Shown here: positions 53,485 through 55,062 of the stretch, piece by piece
Position numbering within the stretch: position 1 is the first letter of the stretch
Layout: each line of letters starts with the position of its first letter
DNA from: a virus
Virus record (IMG/VR): IMGVR_UViG_3300012156_000001
Coordinates: 1-55,062 of that record
DNA: 55,062 nt
Reading direction: 5' to 3' (one strand)
Position numbers and translations under genes: made by a program
Notes under the pieces: generated by a model
Database searches by the model: none
What the model was told of the DNA's origin: nothing
What the model saw: only the letters and a program-made list of their open reading frames with translations

Positions 53485-53647
53485 GCGTCATTTCGATATT
53501 GGAATTCAATACAAATGACAAGAATTCCTCAACGGTTTCGTCCGTGAGGGGTAGCCGGATTTGAAGCATCCGTGCATTTAATTCCCTCGACCATTCATCC
53601 TGATGTTCTTGGGTGATTGACTGACAGAAATCGTTAAATGATTTCAT
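53444..53647 (-). CDS. small hypothetical protein (67 aa)
   Basis: ATG 9 nt after AAGGGAG on the minus strand. Confidence 0.5.
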   Translation of the reverse strand: MKSFNDFCQSITQEHQDEWSRELNARMLQIRLPLTDETVEEFLSFVLNSNIEMTLKILRQYHEWLSD

Positions 53648-53781
53648 CGTAATTTTCTCCCTTCTTTTGTACTCGGCATGCCAGTACCTGTACTTTGATT
53701 ATAGGAGAACTTGGAGAAAATAGCAACAAGTGTAACCAGTAATTAATATAATGCAACAATTGTCAAAAAGGAGATGACATT

Positions 53782-54057
53782 ATGCCAGCAATTAAACCAA
53801 GTCAAGAAAAACAGGCGCTAATCATAGCCGCCGGGGAAATCAACGCCAACATTTCCCGAAGTCATTTGTCACGACAGCAAGTCATGACAATCTGCGGATT
53901 CTGCCAGCAAACTTATTATGACCGTCAGGACAGCCCGAACAACTACCGGCTGGTGGAATTACAGCGGTTGGCTCGGAAAACGAACATGAATCCAATGCAG
54001 GCCGCCAGTATTGTTCTCGGTAGGCGGGTGACATTGAATGAGATTATGAATTGCTAA
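53782..54057 (+). CDS. small putative DNA-binding protein (91 aa)
   Basis: ATG after AAAGGAGATG; helix-rich; precedes the GCAAAGG array. Confidence 0.55.
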   Translation: MPAIKPSQEKQALIIAAGEINANISRSHLSRQQVMTICGFCQQTYYDRQDSPNNYRLVELQRLARKTNMNPMQAASIVLGRRVTLNEIMNC

Positions 54058-54059
54058 AA

Positions 54060-54666
54060 ACGCGATGGATACGCATGGTTTGGCCGAGGGCGGCGTTGAT
54101 TAGCAAAGGAATGGCAACGCAATGAGATGCGATGGTATAGCTTTGTATGGGGTGGCAATGGAGTGGCTTAGGGTGGCGATGGCAAAGCAAAGCGATGGTT
54201 GGCAGAGCAAGGCAGGGCTACGAACGGTAAGGGCAGTGCTAACCGCCGATTGGCAAAGGAGCTGCTCGGCAAGGTAGGGCGTTGCAAAGGCATTGCAGGG
54301 CACGGGGCGGCAAGGGCGAGGCGCGGAATGGTGTCGCAAAGGGTGGCATGGCAAGGGAAACGCAGCGCGTTGCAAAGGCATAGCGCAGGATAACATGGCG
54401 GAGTATGGCAAGGGCGCAGCAAAGCAAGGCAAAGTGCTGCAAAGGAGTGGCGAAGCTGTGGGTAGCAGCGCAAAGGCAGAGCATCGCTGGGCGTGGTTGT
54501 GGATAGTCTTGAATAGCCGAGGAACTGCACAGCCAGGCCAGGCAGGTCACAGCAAAGGAACAGCCGTGCACAGTGCAGCAGCGCAAAGGAAAAGCCTAGC
54601 CCAGCAACGCAAAGGCACAGCACAGGATTCAAAAACTAAAACATCAAAAAGAAGAGGAGAGCAGAA
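54060..54666 (+). repeat. T-poor purine-rich non-coding array with ten same-strand GCAAAGG copies
   Basis: GCAAAGG at 54103, 54253, 54284, 54336, 54372, 54439, 54470, 54552, 54583, 54609. GGCAAGGG three times; GCGATGG variants at the left end. Confidence 0.85.
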
Positions 54667-55062
54667 ATGAAGGAATTAAAAGTAAGAATAACATTTACGG
54701 AGGAAATTTTAGGAACGGCAAGCAGTGATCCGGAAATTCACAGCACTTTTATCGCATCCAACGCACCCGACGCACCGACACGTGCCGAAGAAGTCGCAGC
54801 GGTTGGAGTTGACGAAGTGATTGAAAAATCAATGACCATCTTCCCGCGCAACAAAGAGGGACATCCCATCATGTGGGACTATCAAGTGAAGGGATTTTTT
54901 AAAGATGCCTGTGGCTGCTTGCGGAAGGTGCCCAATTCGGCTTCATCGAAAATCAAGGCATACAAAAAGGAAATTGATGGATTGATTTTCGTAAAAGAGC
55001 GGATGATACCAATTGTTTTTACCGGAGAAATCGGAAACTGCCAGCGTCCGCTAAGAGGGCAA
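54667..55062 (+). CDS. 5' part of junction-spanning gene (continues at 1..369): RAMP-like hypothetical protein
   Basis: ATG 6 nt after AGAGGAGAGCAG; open to the window end; the last 123 nt duplicate 1-123. Confidence 0.7.
   Translation, partial: MKELKVRITFTEEILGTASSDPEIHSTFIASNAPDAPTRAEEVAAVGVDEVIEKSMTIFPRNKEGHPIMWDYQVKGFFKDACGCLRKVPNSASSKIKAYKKEIDGLIFVKERMIPIVFTGEIGNCQRPLRGQ
54940..55062. repeat. second copy of the 123-bp terminal repeat
   Basis: Identical to 1-123. Confidence 0.97.

Noticed and set aside
54060-54666. CRISPR array next to the RAMP-like gene
   Set aside because: The repeats are only 7-8 nt, irregularly spaced (26-150 bp), with no 25-40-nt repeat unit and no spacer periodicity. 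This is not a CRISPR architecture.
54100-54670. Five long ORFs on both strands (54100..54432-, 54168..54632-, 54239..54586-, 54199..54393+, 54293..54670+), including one whose TGA overlaps the ATG of the next gene
   Set aside because: All frames are open simply because the region is T-poor, so stop codons are rare on both strands. The products are low-complexity (Cys/Leu/Pro/Ala-rich or Lys/Gly/Gln-rich). The GCAAAGG repeat falls in all three phases, and none of these ORFs has a convincing RBS. I treat them as composition artefacts. The + strand 54293..54670 ORF is the only one worth a conservation check.
1-55062. Genome-wide TGA (or other stop codon) reassignment suggested by the in-frame TGA at 21496
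   Set aside because: TGA terminates many confident genes in ATGA or TGATG overlaps, for example 3112-3114, 4283-4285 and 45060-45062. TAA and TAG are also used as stops. Gene density is normal under the standard code.
1-55062. Reverse-transcriptase-based systems (retron, DGR, DRT) to explain the repeat array, the tRNA-like element or tail-fibre variability
   Set aside because: No ORF in any frame shows an RT-like YxDD core or a suitable size, and I saw no template/variable repeat pair in the fibre genes.

Overview
The window is a complete temperate tailed-phage genome of about 54.9 kb. Bases 1-123 are identical to 54940-55062, so the contig closes on itself or is terminally redundant. One gene (54667..55062 plus 1..369) spans that junction.

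Layout:
(i) A rightward early operon. It holds an SMC-like ABC ATPase, a Red-beta/RecT annealase, a Cas4-like PD-(D/E)XK exonuclease, RusA, a second PD-(D/E)XK resolvase-type nuclease, an SPP1 G38P-like replisome organiser, a G39P-like loader, two orphan DNA methyltransferases, an RNAP alpha-CTD-like protein and many tiny Zn-ribbon ORFs.
(ii) A 465-nt non-coding gap carrying a tRNA-like element.
(iii) Packaging and head genes: TerS, TerL, SPP1-type portal, gp7-like protein, scaffold and capsid. Extra genes are inserted among them.
(iv) A PBSX (XkdK-XkdV)-like contractile tail and baseplate module.
(v) Holin and a three-domain endolysin with clostridial-type cell-wall-binding repeats.
(vi) An accessory region of about 11 kb (39.4-50 kb). 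It contains two paralogous leftward operons with consensus promoters, an RHH plus Bro-N antirepressor module, micro-ORFs, an HNH-AP2 endonuclease and unknown cargo genes.
(vii) A tyrosine integrase with attP-like repeats and a CI-like repressor / antirepressor switch.

The host is probably a member of the Bacillota (Clostridia-like), inferred only from gene content.

The two most unusual things I can see are adjacent. One is a 600-bp T-poor, purine-rich non-coding array with ten same-strand GCAAAGG copies (54060-54666). The other is the junction-spanning gene directly after it, whose 213-aa product has a RAMP (Csm3/Cas7-like) motif pattern. No cas genes or CRISPR array are present.

All functional calls come from motif recognition by eye. 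No database search or structure prediction was run.
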